Shown one piece after another: positions 27,887-37,646 of a DNA stretch of 54,019 bases. The DNA comes from Candidatus Omnitrophota bacterium (GTDB taxonomy: Bacteria > Omnitrophota > Gorgyraeia > JABMRJ01), in NCBI GenBank assembly GCA_016783555.1, contig JADHWH010000004.1:1-54019 (forward strand), in the 5' to 3' direction. How positions within the stretch are numbered: position 1 is the first letter of the stretch; each line of letters begins with the position of its first letter. The position numbers and the translations under genes were made by a program. The notes beneath the pieces were generated by a model. It worked only from the letters and a program-made list of their open reading frames with translations, was not told the origin of the DNA and did not search any database.

Positions 27887-29596
27887 TTGCGTAACAAAAG
27901 TTATAGATCCCGCCTATATCTTGTTTTTCTCATTCTTATCTCTGTCATGGTGTTTTACATGGCAAGACTCGTCTACATACAGATATCAAAATCCACTCAA
28001 CTAACAGCCTTAGCTGATAATCAGCATAATATTATAATAGAGATAGCGCCGGAGAGGGGCAATATCCTTGACCGGGGTCTGCGCAAGCTGGCCGTTGACC
28101 GTAACGTATATTCGGTATATGCCTCCCCGGACAGGATAGACGATGACATGAATCCCGAATACGCAAAGGCGATCTCTGGCATATTGGATATGGACGAGAA
28201 GCTGATTCTGAAGAGGTTAGAACAAGATAAATCTTTCGTATGGATTAAGAGGGAGATGGAGAAAGAGATATCCGAAGCCGTCGCGAAACTGGAACTCAAG
28301 GGTGTAAAGATAATAAAGGAGCGCAAGAGGTTTTATCCAAACGGATCACTGGCGAGCCATCTTATAGGTTTTACGGGTGTTGACGACGTAGGGTTAGAAG
28401 GGATAGAATTAGCATACGACGGTTACCTGAAGGGCGCGCCCGGATGGCGCTGGACCGTGAGAGACGCAAAGAGGAGGGATATATTATCCGAGGATGTGCA
28501 GTTTATTCCCCCCTCTGACGGGCTCGATGTGGTATTGACTATAGACGAAACCATACAGCATATAGTCGAGACGAAACTCGATGCCGTTTACAAAAAGTAT
28601 AAGGCAGAAGGCGCCTCCATAATAGTAATGGATCCCGCAAACGGAGATGTATTGGCCCTCGCCAACAGGCCTTCATTCGACATAAATGATTTTTCATCTT
28701 CAGAGGCCGATGCCAGAAGGAATAGGGCTGTTACGGATATGTACGAACCGGGTAGTGTCTTTAAGATTATCACGGCTTCGTGCGCCGTAGAGGGTAATGC
28801 GGTAAGCTTGAACCAGGAATTCTTCTGCGAGAACGGAGAATACTACATAGGCGGACGGATCCTCCATGACCATAGCCCGTACGGGACCCTGACATTCAGA
28901 GAGATTATTGAAAAGTCGAGCAATATAGGGGTAACCAAGATTGCCCAGATTTTGGGCCGTGAAAGAGTGTGTGAATTCATTAGGCTATTCGGCTTTGGCC
29001 GGCCTACCGGCATAGATATACCGGGAGAGATAAAAGGGCTTGTGCATCCAGCCAGCAGGTGGTCCGGCGTATCTATCTCCTCCGTGCCTATAGGGCAGGA
29101 GGTAGCGGTTACTTCCATCCAGCTCATATCGGCGATATCAGCAATCGCAAACGGCGGTTATCTAGTAAGGCCTCGGGTGGTCCGCGAGATAAGGGACAAA
29201 GACGGAAATACTATCAAGTCTTTTCCGCCGACAGTAGTATCGCAGATATTATCGCAGCGCTCAAGTGATACCGTGAAAGATATATTGAAGGGGGTAGTGG
29301 AGAAGGGGACCGGAAGGCGCGCCCGTTTAGAGAGATATACAGCTGCGGGCAAGACCGGCACCGCGCAGAAGATCGAACCGGACGGCAGGTATTCCCATAC
29401 TAAGTTCATAGCCACATTCGTCGGATTCGCCCCTGTTGAGGACCCCAGGATTGCCGTGCTTGTAACGGTTGATAAACCCACGCCGGCCTATTACGGCGGC
29501 ACAGTAGCGGCCCCGGTATTTAAAAACGTCGCAGGGGATGTGCTTAAATATTTAAGGGTAGAGCCGGACAGGGTCGAAGAGGCTGTAGAATTATGA
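27887..29596 (+). CDS. ftsI: Class B penicillin-binding protein (FtsI)
   Basis: RGNILDR, RFYPNG, YEPGSVFK (SxxK), SSN, GKTGTAQK. Confidence 0.93.
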   Translation: MRNKSYRSRLYLVFLILISVMVFYMARLVYIQISKSTQLTALADNQHNIIIEIAPERGNILDRGLRKLAVDRNVYSVYASPDRIDDDMNPEYAKAISGILDMDEKLILKRLEQDKSFVWIKREMEKEISEAVAKLELKGVKIIKERKRFYPNGSLASHLIGFTGVDDVGLEGIELAYDGYLKGAPGWRWTVRDAKRRDILSEDVQFIPPSDGLDVVLTIDETIQHIVETKLDAVYKKYKAEGASIIVMDPANGDVLALANRPSFDINDFSSSEADARRNRAVTDMYEPGSVFKIITASCAVEGNAVSLNQEFFCENGEYYIGGRILHDHSPYGTLTFREIIEKSSNIGVTKIAQILGRERVCEFIRLFGFGRPTGIDIPGEIKGLVHPASRWSGVSISSVPIGQEVAVTSIQLISAISAIANGGYLVRPRVVREIRDKDGNTIKSFPPTVVSQILSQRSSDTVKDILKGVVEKGTGRRARLERYTAAGKTGTAQKIEPDGRYSHTKFIATFVGFAPVEDPRIAVLVTVDKPTPAYYGGTVAAPVFKNVAGDVLKYLRVEPDRVEEAVEL

Positions 29597-31098
29597 TTAA
29601 GCTGGAAAGACTCCTTAACGGTTTTGAGTATGTAAAGAATAGCGCCTCTCGGGATATAGAGATAAATAAGATAGAGACCGATTCGAGGCTTGTAGAAAAA
29701 AGAGACCTCTTCGTTGCCATCTCCGGCAGTGACAAAGACGGCCATGATTATATAGCGGGCGCGCTCAAGCGCGGCGCCGCAGCCCTAGTCATAGAGAAGG
29801 ATTATACAGATAATTCAAGAGATGTAAGCCGCGTAAGGGACCGGCAGCCTTACGTGATAAAGGTAAAGGATTCGAGAAAGGCGCTGGCCTTATTGGCTAG
29901 AAATTTTTATGGCGACCCCTCGAAGGATATAAAGGTCATAGGCATTACCGGCACAAACGGAAAGACCACTATTACATATCTCTTGGAGAACATATTAAAC
30001 GCGGCGGCTTTTAAGACAGGGATAGTAGGGACTATAAGGTATAAAATCGCCGACAGGATAATAGATGCCGGAAATACTACGCCATCTTGTTTAGTCCTTC
30101 AGGGATTGATTAAGGATATGCTGGCGTGCTCTGTGGATTATTGCGTCATGGAGGTCTCAAGCCATGGACTTGATCAGCACAGGACAGATTATATAGATTT
30201 TGATACAGCCCTCTTTATAAACGCCACGAGAGAGCATCTGGATTACCACAAGACGTTTGAAAGATATCTCGATTCCAAGGCGAGGCTGTTTGAGGGATTG
30301 GAGGCCGATGCCGCTTGCGTACTGAATAGAGACGACCCCAATTACCGGTTCTTTAAAAAGGCTTCTTCAACGAAGAGGATAATAAGTTTCGGTATTAATA
30401 AAGATGCGGACGTCTACGCGGATAATATAAAGAGAGATATAAACGGCAGTTCGTTTACCATACATAGAGATAAAGAAAAGGCTATTATAAAGACAAGACT
30501 TATAGGCGCGCACAATATATATAATATGCTAGCCGCCGCCAGCTGCGCCATAAGTGAGGATATAGGCTTAGATAAAATAAAAGAAGGGCTTGAAAAAGTC
30601 GGCGCGATAGAAGGCAGGCTCCAGCTGTTAGATGCGTCTTTGGGTATTAAGATATTTGTGGATTACGCGCACACAGATGATGCCCTGGAGAAGGTGCTTA
30701 CCGCTCTAAAAGAGCTGAAGAGAAAGAAGCTCATAACGGTATTTGGCTGCGGCGGCAACAGGGATAGAGGGAAGCGGCCGAGGATGGGCAGGGTAGCCGC
30801 AACCCTTTCTGACCGCGTAATCATTACCTCTGATAACCCGCGGTTTGAAGAGCCGAATGATATAGTAAGAGATATAATAAAGGGCATAGATAAGGATCTT
30901 AACAATTTTGAGGTGATATTGGACAGGAGAGACGCCATAAAAGAAGCGCTCTCTAGCGCCGAAGAAGACGATATAGTGCTTATTGCGGGAAAGGGGCATG
31001 AGAGATATCAGATAGTTAAAGACAAGAAGATCCCCTTTAACGACAGAGAGGTCGCAGAAGAGTTTATCGAAGAGAAGAGATCTGTTGAGGCATTGTAA
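29593..31098 (+). CDS. murE: UDP-MurNAc-dipeptide--DAP ligase
   Basis: ITGTNGKTT, MEVSSH, DYAHT, TSDNPR, AGKGHE. Confidence 0.96.
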   Translation: MIKLERLLNGFEYVKNSASRDIEINKIETDSRLVEKRDLFVAISGSDKDGHDYIAGALKRGAAALVIEKDYTDNSRDVSRVRDRQPYVIKVKDSRKALALLARNFYGDPSKDIKVIGITGTNGKTTITYLLENILNAAAFKTGIVGTIRYKIADRIIDAGNTTPSCLVLQGLIKDMLACSVDYCVMEVSSHGLDQHRTDYIDFDTALFINATREHLDYHKTFERYLDSKARLFEGLEADAACVLNRDDPNYRFFKKASSTKRIISFGINKDADVYADNIKRDINGSSFTIHRDKEKAIIKTRLIGAHNIYNMLAAASCAISEDIGLDKIKEGLEKVGAIEGRLQLLDASLGIKIFVDYAHTDDALEKVLTALKELKRKKLITVFGCGGNRDRGKRPRMGRVAATLSDRVIITSDNPRFEEPNDIVRDIIKGIDKDLNNFEVILDRRDAIKEALSSAEEDDIVLIAGKGHERYQIVKDKKIPFNDREVAEEFIEEKRSVEAL

Positions 31099-31101
31099 GA
31101 T

Positions 31102-32511
31102 ATGTTTAATATAAGCGATATATTAAAGGCTACAGGCGGAACACTATTATCTAAAGCTAAATCGCGTATGCCTATCCCCGGTCTATCTATCGATTCACGC
31201 AGCATAAAAAAGGGAGAGCTTTTTATAGCCATAAAAGGAGACCGTTTTGACGGCCACGATTTCATAGGCGATGCCCTGAAGAAGGGCGCCTCAGGCGCCG
31301 TCTTAAAGAGAATGCCTGCCGCGAAAATAGCCGATACGCAAATCATAATAAAGGTAAAAGAGACCACAAGGGCGCTGGGCGATATCGCCGCCTTTCACCG
31401 CAGGCGGTTCAACATCCCGGTAATCGGCATAACCGGCTCAAACGGAAAGACCACCGTGAAAGATATGGCATCTTTTATATTAGAGAAGAGATACAATGTC
31501 TTGAAGAACAATGGCACAGAGAATAATTATATAGGAGTGCCGCTTACATTGCTGAGGTTGCAAAAGAGGCATTCGACAGCCATCCTTGAGATGGGCGCAA
31601 ACCACCACGGCGAGATCGACAGGCTTACCGAGATAGTTAGGCCCACTATAGGGTTGATTACGGGTATCGGGCCATCGCACCTTGAATTCTTTAAGGATGA
31701 ACTCGGTGTACTAAAGGCAAAGACGGAGATGGTCCGCAGATTATCAAAAGAGGACTTGGTTATATTAAACGGCGATGATAAACTGCTTTCACGTATAAAG
31801 CCGCGTTGTAAAAAGATAGAGTTCGGACTTAAGGCCGGCAATGACTACAGGGCAACAGATATAAAAATAGATAAGAAGATATCCTTTCTCTTAAACGGCG
31901 TCTACCGCCTTAAGATAAAGACCCTGGGATGGCATAACCTATATAACGCCCTGGCCTCGATTGTTGTCGCGCGTCGTCTGGGAATCGATATGTCGGTGAT
32001 TAAGAATGCGCTTTTGGATTTTAAGACCCCTTCGATGCGCATGGAACTAAAGAGAGTAAAGGGTATAAATATTATAGACGACGCGTATAACTCTAATCCG
32101 CTTTCACTCAAATGGGCGATAGAGACACTTTCGCAATTCAAGACAAAAGGAAGGCGGATATTGGTATCGGGCGATATGCTGGAGCTGGGAGATAAATCCA
32201 AACTTTTTCATACCCTGGCCGGCCGCGCCGTAGCATCTTCGTCAGTAGATAGCTTTATCGGCGTAGGGAGGTTTTCGCGATTTGCCATAGACGGAGCCAG
32301 CCGCGCCGGCATGAAGAGGCAAAGCCTCTGGTCGTGTTCTACCGCAGAGGAGGCATCCGGCGTGCTGAAGAGAGTTGCAAAACGCGGAGATGCGGTATTG
32401 GTCAAGGGATCTCGCGGCATGTGTATGGAGAAGATAATAGAGAGGTTATCAAATGAGGCCATGACTTACGGAGCGCCAAAAGCGCGACGTAAGTCATGTG
32501 GCCGAATTTGA
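31102..32511 (+). CDS. murF: UDP-MurNAc-tripeptide--D-Ala-D-Ala ligase (last ~19 codons and stop come from element A4)
   Basis: ITGSNGKTTVK, DDAYNSNP, GDMLELG, VKGSRG. Confidence 0.96.
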   Translation: MFNISDILKATGGTLLSKAKSRMPIPGLSIDSRSIKKGELFIAIKGDRFDGHDFIGDALKKGASGAVLKRMPAAKIADTQIIIKVKETTRALGDIAAFHRRRFNIPVIGITGSNGKTTVKDMASFILEKRYNVLKNNGTENNYIGVPLTLLRLQKRHSTAILEMGANHHGEIDRLTEIVRPTIGLITGIGPSHLEFFKDELGVLKAKTEMVRRLSKEDLVILNGDDKLLSRIKPRCKKIEFGLKAGNDYRATDIKIDKKISFLLNGVYRLKIKTLGWHNLYNALASIVVARRLGIDMSVIKNALLDFKTPSMRMELKRVKGINIIDDAYNSNPLSLKWAIETLSQFKTKGRRILVSGDMLELGDKSKLFHTLAGRAVASSSVDSFIGVGRFSRFAIDGASRAGMKRQSLWSCSTAEEASGVLKRVAKRGDAVLVKGSRGMCMEKIIERLSNEAMTYGAPKARRKSCGRI

Positions 32512-32884
32512 CCCTTGACATTTTGCGTATGAATACAAAATATTATTTCTATATTCTAGAATGCAATGATAATAGAAAATATTATGGCTGCACAAACAAT
32601 TTAAACAGACGTCTTGAGGATCATTTGAAAGGTAAGGTGCAGGCTACTAAGTACAGACAGCCTGTAGAGTTAATTTACTATAAGGAATGTAATTCACGAC
32701 CAGAAGCGTTTAGGCTGGAAATGAAGTTTAAAAATGGAAAGACTAGAAAGAGTACCATAGATAAACTTATCAATTCATTTTCTAAGACAAAATGTCAAGG
32801 GTTTAATTCGCACCTTCATAGAAGAGAAACGGAGGAGATAGAGTTACGAAAAATCAGAGATTTTTCGTAACTCTAGTGCTCATT
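32452..32884. mobile_element. Family A four-way-junction element, copy A4, carrying a GIY-YIG nuclease gene in the arm-3 loop
   Basis: Same AATGA|GGCC|GAATT|GCAC junction; arm 3 ACCCTTGACATTTTG (32511-32525)/CAAAATGTCAAGGGT (32788-32802) encloses ~260 bp of coding DNA. Confidence 0.88.
32529..32870 (+). CDS. Small GIY-YIG nuclease (Slx1/YhbQ-UPF0213-like); alternative start ATG 32496
   Basis: YFYILEC..KYYGCTNNLNRRLEDH..G..TKYRQP..LIY..EAFRLEMKFK; visibly AT-richer than the neighbouring genes. Confidence 0.88.
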   Translation: MNTKYYFYILECNDNRKYYGCTNNLNRRLEDHLKGKVQATKYRQPVELIYYKECNSRPEAFRLEMKFKNGKTRKSTIDKLINSFSKTKCQGFNSHLHRRETEEIELRKIRDFS

Positions 32885-32886
32885 AA

Positions 32887-33972
32887 ATGTTCTACCATTT
32901 TTTATATTCGTTAAAGGATTACTGGTTCGGGTTTAACGTATTCAGATATATCACCTTCAGGGCGGCATTCTGCGGCGTGACATCATTTCTGATAAGCGTA
33001 ATGGTAGGGCCGTGGATTATAAAGACACTTAAAGGCCTTAATGTAAAGGAGAACGTCTTAAGGAGCGATGCGCCGGCTCTCTATCAATACCATAAGCATA
33101 AAGAGGGAACGCCCACTATGGGCGGTATAATCATAATCCTCTCTTTAGTTGTCTCAACACTCCTCTGGGCCGACCTTACCAATAAGTTCATAGTATTTTC
33201 GCTTTTGACCACATTATGGTTAGGGGCGATAGGTTTTATGGACGATTTCATAAAGTTAAAAGGAAAGTCTAAGGGGTTGAGGGCTGCCGCCAAACTCTTG
33301 GGGCAGGTTACAGTAGCTTTGCTGATCGGCTTAACGCTCTATCTGGATCCGGAATTTGATAATACCCTGATGTTCCCGTTTTTTAAAAATCTTATAATAA
33401 ATTTGGGGATCTTCTATATATTATTCGTGATTGTGGTCATAATCGGAGCGTCAAACGCCGTGAATATAACCGACGGCCTGGACGGTCTTGCGATCGGATG
33501 TATAATAATAATCGCTATAACATACGGCATCATGAGCTATGTTACGGGCCACTTAAAATTCAGCCAATACCTCAATATATTCTATAATCCCCATGCGGGA
33601 GAGCTCGGCGTCTTCTGCGCAGCCATATTGGGAAGCGGGCTCGGCTTCTTGTGGTTTAACGCACATCCCGCTACGGTATTTATGGGGGACACCGGTTCAC
33701 TTGCCCTCGGAGGCGCCATAGGAATGGTAGCCATATTTATTAAGAAGGAATTGCTTTTATTTCTTGTCGGCGGCATATTCGTGATAGAGACGCTTTCGGT
33801 CTTGCTGCAGGTTGCTTCGTTTAAATTAAAGAAGAAGAGGATATTCTTGATGGCCCCATTGCATCACCATTTTCAGTTAAAAGGGTGGCCGGAGAGTAAG
33901 ATAATAATAAGGTTCTGGATAGTCGCGATAGTCTTGTCGCTTCTTACGCTGGCGACGCTGAAACTAAGGTAA
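32887..33972 (+). CDS. mraY: Phospho-MurNAc-pentapeptide transferase
   Basis: KEGTPTMGG, FMDD, NAVNITDGLDGLA, FMGDTGS, APLHHHF. Confidence 0.98.
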   Translation: MFYHFLYSLKDYWFGFNVFRYITFRAAFCGVTSFLISVMVGPWIIKTLKGLNVKENVLRSDAPALYQYHKHKEGTPTMGGIIIILSLVVSTLLWADLTNKFIVFSLLTTLWLGAIGFMDDFIKLKGKSKGLRAAAKLLGQVTVALLIGLTLYLDPEFDNTLMFPFFKNLIINLGIFYILFVIVVIIGASNAVNITDGLDGLAIGCIIIIAITYGIMSYVTGHLKFSQYLNIFYNPHAGELGVFCAAILGSGLGFLWFNAHPATVFMGDTGSLALGGAIGMVAIFIKKELLLFLVGGIFVIETLSVLLQVASFKLKKKRIFLMAPLHHHFQLKGWPESKIIIRFWIVAIVLSLLTLATLKLR

Positions 33973-33986
33973 AGAGAAGAGGCCGT

Positions 33987-35354
33987 ATGGAATTGAAGGA
34001 TAAAAGAGTTACGGTGGTAGGATTGGGAATAAGCGGCGAAGCCGCAGCAAAGTTTTTACACGAACATAATGCCAAGGTAAGAGTTACTGACAAAAGCGAT
34101 AATCCACAAGTTCAACAAGACGCTAGAGCGCTTAAGGATATGGGGATAGAGTGCGAATTGGGAGAGCACAGAGAAGCATTTCTTGAGGGTTCGGAGCTTA
34201 TTGTTGTAAGCCCGGGCGTAGATAATAGCGCCCTTCCCGTAAAATGGGCCGATGAAAGAGGTATCCCTGTAATAAGCGAGATCGAGCTCGGATATAGATT
34301 CTGCCGCGCCCCCATTATAGCGGTATCGGGCACCAACGGCAAGTCGACAGTGACATCGCTCATCGGGCAGATGTTTACTGCCGGAGGGAGGGATGTGTAC
34401 ATATGCGGCAATATAGGCGTGCCTTTTACATCTGTAGTTTCTATGGCCGCGCCAGAGGCCGTAGTAGTCTTAGAGATAAGCTCCTTTCAGCTTGAAAGGA
34501 TCGATACCTTCTCTCCCCACATCGCGGTTATGCTTAATATCACGCAGGATCATTTGGATAGATATGCCAATTTCGATGAGTACGCAAACGCCAAATTGAG
34601 ATTGTTCTCGAATCAAAAGGCCGCAGATTACGCAATCGTCAATTATGACCAGGCGAAATTCAAGGATCTATCGGCAAAATCAAAGCTGCTTTATTTCAGC
34701 AAGCGGAGCCTTCCTAAGAAGTTTGAAGGCGTATTCGTAGAGAACGAGGAGCTACTCGTCCGCAGGGATGGAAGGTATATATGGCTTGCCGCCAAAGAAG
34801 AGCTATCCTTAAGCGGTGAGCACAATCTTGAGAACGCCCTGGCTTCGGGGCTTGCCGCTCTTATATCAGGCGTTGAGCCCAATATAATAAAGGAGACGTT
34901 GTGTCACTTTAAAGGGCTCAGCCACAGGTTCGAGCTTGTGGATACGATAAACGGCATAAAATTCGTGGATGATTCCAAGGCGACAAACGTAGACAGCGTC
35001 AAAAAGGCGGTTCAGTCATCGAGTAAAGGTATAATATTGATTGCCGGTGGAAGAGACAAAAGCAGCGATTACAGGATATTGGCAGGGCCTTTAAAGGAGA
35101 AGGTAAAGTCGATGCTCCTTATCGGCGAGGCGAGAGAGAAGATAAAAAAAGCCCTCTCCGGCGCAGTCCCTATATCTTTCGCAGAGTCGCTGGAGGAGGC
35201 GGTTAAGACCGCCTTCGGCAGCGCGAGAAACGGCGATACGGTGCTTCTTTCTCCCATGTGCTCAAGCTTTGACATGTTCAGGGATTACAAGGAGAGGGGC
35301 GAGGTATTCCGCAACGCGGTAAACAGTCTAAAGAGAAGCAATAAGGATGCGTGA
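33987..35354 (+). CDS. murD: UDP-MurNAc-L-Ala--D-Glu ligase
   Basis: SGTNGKST, EISSFQL, DHLDRY, DDSKATN, LSPMCSSFD. Confidence 0.97.
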   Translation: MELKDKRVTVVGLGISGEAAAKFLHEHNAKVRVTDKSDNPQVQQDARALKDMGIECELGEHREAFLEGSELIVVSPGVDNSALPVKWADERGIPVISEIELGYRFCRAPIIAVSGTNGKSTVTSLIGQMFTAGGRDVYICGNIGVPFTSVVSMAAPEAVVVLEISSFQLERIDTFSPHIAVMLNITQDHLDRYANFDEYANAKLRLFSNQKAADYAIVNYDQAKFKDLSAKSKLLYFSKRSLPKKFEGVFVENEELLVRRDGRYIWLAAKEELSLSGEHNLENALASGLAALISGVEPNIIKETLCHFKGLSHRFELVDTINGIKFVDDSKATNVDSVKKAVQSSSKGIILIAGGRDKSSDYRILAGPLKEKVKSMLLIGEAREKIKKALSGAVPISFAESLEEAVKTAFGSARNGDTVLLSPMCSSFDMFRDYKERGEVFRNAVNSLKRSNKDA

Positions 35355-36438
35355 TATAAGAGTATCTATATTTATGGTGACGGCGGTACTCATCGCTATA
35401 GGGACGGTAATGATATACTCGTCGAGCGCCATCTATGCCTACGAAAAGACGGGTGACAGCCTGCTCTTTTTTAAAAGACACATTCTCTTTTTGGCCGCAT
35501 CCTGCGCGGCCTGCTTTTTATCTATGTCATTTGATTACAGAAGGCTTAGAGAGTATACCCGGGTTATTGCCGTCTCTTGTATAATTCTACTGATATTGGT
35601 CCTTCTCCCTTTACTGGGCAGCCAGGTAGGCGGCGCGCGGCGCTGGTTCAGGATGGCAGGCTTTAGTCTTCAACCTTCAGAGATAGCAAAGCTGGGATTA
35701 ATAATATACCTGGCAGATTTTCTTTCGAGAAAAAAGGCGTATATAAATAATTTCCTGAAGGTATTGTTGCCGGTCTTTTTTGTGTCGGGCGCGGTAATGG
35801 GGCTGATACTTCTTCAGCCTGATCTGGGTACGGTCATTGTGATAGCCGCCTTTACATTGATTCTTCTTTTTTTTGCAGGTATAAGATGGGAGTATATACT
35901 GGGATTATTCTTAAGCGCCTTGCCGTTCTTTTATCTTTTGATATACAGGGTCCCTTATAGGTGGATGAGGATCAAGGTATTTTTAGATCCCTGGCAGGAT
36001 CCCAGGGGAACGGGTTTTCAGATAATACAATCCTTTGTGGCCTTGGGGTCGGGCGGTCTATTCGGCGTGGGGCTCGGGATGTCCAAGCAGAAGCTATTCT
36101 ATCTGCCTGAGGCCCATACAGATTTTATCTTCTCGATTATCGGTGAAGAGCTGGGTCTTATCGGCACACTCTCCGTTACGGCCCTTTTTATAGCGTTGAT
36201 CTGGCAGGGTATGAGGATAGTATTTAAGGCCGGGGATTCATTCGGTAGATTTTTGTCTCTTGGCATAGTATCTATGATTGCGCTCGAAGTCATTATTAAT
36301 ATAGGCGTATCTATAGGCGCGCTTCCTACAAAAGGGTTGCCGCTGCCTTTTATCAGCTATGGCGGGAGCGCACTCTTTTTTCATATGATCGCCATAGGAC
36401 TTTTGTTGAATATCGCCAAGAATAGCGGTAGGCTATGA
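35347..36438 (+). CDS. ftsW: Peptidoglycan polymerase FtsW
   Basis: GARRW, QPSE, QPDLGT, LPEAHTDFIF, GLPLPFISYGGS. Confidence 0.97.
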   Translation: MRDIRVSIFMVTAVLIAIGTVMIYSSSAIYAYEKTGDSLLFFKRHILFLAASCAACFLSMSFDYRRLREYTRVIAVSCIILLILVLLPLLGSQVGGARRWFRMAGFSLQPSEIAKLGLIIYLADFLSRKKAYINNFLKVLLPVFFVSGAVMGLILLQPDLGTVIVIAAFTLILLFFAGIRWEYILGLFLSALPFFYLLIYRVPYRWMRIKVFLDPWQDPRGTGFQIIQSFVALGSGGLFGVGLGMSKQKLFYLPEAHTDFIFSIIGEELGLIGTLSVTALFIALIWQGMRIVFKAGDSFGRFLSLGIVSMIALEVIINIGVSIGALPTKGLPLPFISYGGSALFFHMIAIGLLLNIAKNSGRL

Positions 36439-37538
36439 AGATTGCAATAGCATGCGGCTTAAGCGGAGGGCATATATTTCCGGGTATCGCCCTGGCTTAT
36501 GAGCTGACTAAAAAAAGCGGCAATGATATATTGATGGTGACAAGCCGGAAGAAGCTTGATATCGAGATCTTTGAAAAAAGCGGTTTGCGGTTTGAAGCCG
36601 TGCCGTATAATCCGTTTATCCTTACCCTTAATCCGGTAAAGCAGTTTTTGTTTGTATTAAGATTGGTCAGGGGGGTAAATCTGAGCGTAAAGGTATTGTC
36701 TCGATTTCGCCCGCAGTGCGTCGTGGGCTTCGGCGGTTCTGTGTCAGTGCCTATACTCTTTGCCGCATGGATTCTTCACATACCGCGGATTATACACGAG
36801 CAGAATATCATCGCGGGCCTCGCTAACAGACTGGTATCGCTCTTTGCGGACAGGATAGCGGTGAGCTTCGAGGAGACAAAGAGATTCTTCAACGAGAGGA
36901 AAGTAGTGGTCACGGGAAACCCCGTAAGGAGAAAATTTCTCAATTTAGACAAGATCCATTCCAGAGACAGGTTCGGCCTTGATAAGGAGAGATTTACCAT
37001 ATTTGTAATCGGAGGCAGCCAGGGGGCCGCGGCGCTCAATAATGCCGTGCTGGACGCCCTCGGCATGATGGATTATCAGGAGAAGAAGACTCTTCAGGTT
37101 ATCCATATAGCGGGCAGGGACGCCCAGGGGCCCGTAACAGAGAGGTATCAAAAGGAGAATATAAAATCCAGGATATTTTCATTCCTGGATGAGATAGACA
37201 GGGCGTATACGGCCTGTGATCTCGTAATATCGCGTGCGGGCGCTACGACCATAGCGGAGCTTGCACACTTTGAAAGGCCGTCGATATTGGTGCCGTATCC
37301 CAAAAGAAGAGTCCATCAGGCAGAGAACGCATACTTTCTTTCGGATAATAAAGCGGCCATAACCATTGAAGAGAAAGATTTGAATCCGGTTCAAATTAAG
37401 AATTTGATATTAGACCTTAAAAAAGATAAAAAACGTTTAGAGGATATGGCCTCAAGATTTAAGGGCCTCGGCGTCCGCGACGCAGATCTATTATTGGCAA
37501 GAGAGGTCCTCTCCTTAGGGGAACCAACGAATCCGTAG
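36435..37538 (+). CDS. murG: Lipid II GlcNAc transferase
   Basis: SGGHIFP, HEQN, TGNPVR, GGSQGA, SRAGATT; stop TAG lies in a REP half. Confidence 0.96.
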   Translation: MKIAIACGLSGGHIFPGIALAYELTKKSGNDILMVTSRKKLDIEIFEKSGLRFEAVPYNPFILTLNPVKQFLFVLRLVRGVNLSVKVLSRFRPQCVVGFGGSVSVPILFAAWILHIPRIIHEQNIIAGLANRLVSLFADRIAVSFEETKRFFNERKVVVTGNPVRRKFLNLDKIHSRDRFGLDKERFTIFVIGGSQGAAALNNAVLDALGMMDYQEKKTLQVIHIAGRDAQGPVTERYQKENIKSRIFSFLDEIDRAYTACDLVISRAGATTIAELAHFERPSILVPYPKRRVHQAENAYFLSDNKAAITIEEKDLNPVQIKNLILDLKKDKKRLEDMASRFKGLGVRDADLLLAREVLSLGEPTNP

Positions 37539-37594
37539 GGCACCCTTAAGTGTAACAGCACCCGTAGGGCACACTTAAGTGTGCCCTACGGGTG
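37533..37594. repeat. Family C REP: one half copy plus a 36-bp perfect palindrome
   Basis: CCGTAGGGCACCCTTAAG (37533-37550), then CACCCGTAGGGCACACTTAAGTGTGCCCTACGGGTG (37559-37594). Confidence 0.88.
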
Positions 37595-37646
37595 TGGATA
37601 AGTGCGGTTAATTATGGATAAGTGTGGATAACTTTAGGTTTAGGCG

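Noticed and set aside
29832-29854. CGTAAGG..CCTTACG hairpin in a variable loop of murE
   Set aside because: Only 7 bp with no match to the repeat families; could be chance
32452-32884. Group I intron with homing endonuclease
   Set aside because: No P7 catalytic core or terminal G recognisable; the element lies at a gene junction, and the nuclease lacks the extra DNA-binding domains of intron GIY-YIG enzymes
37593-37631. Replication origin
   Set aside because: Only three DnaA-like boxes in a ~100-bp intra-operon gap, with no unwinding element or dnaA/dnaN context
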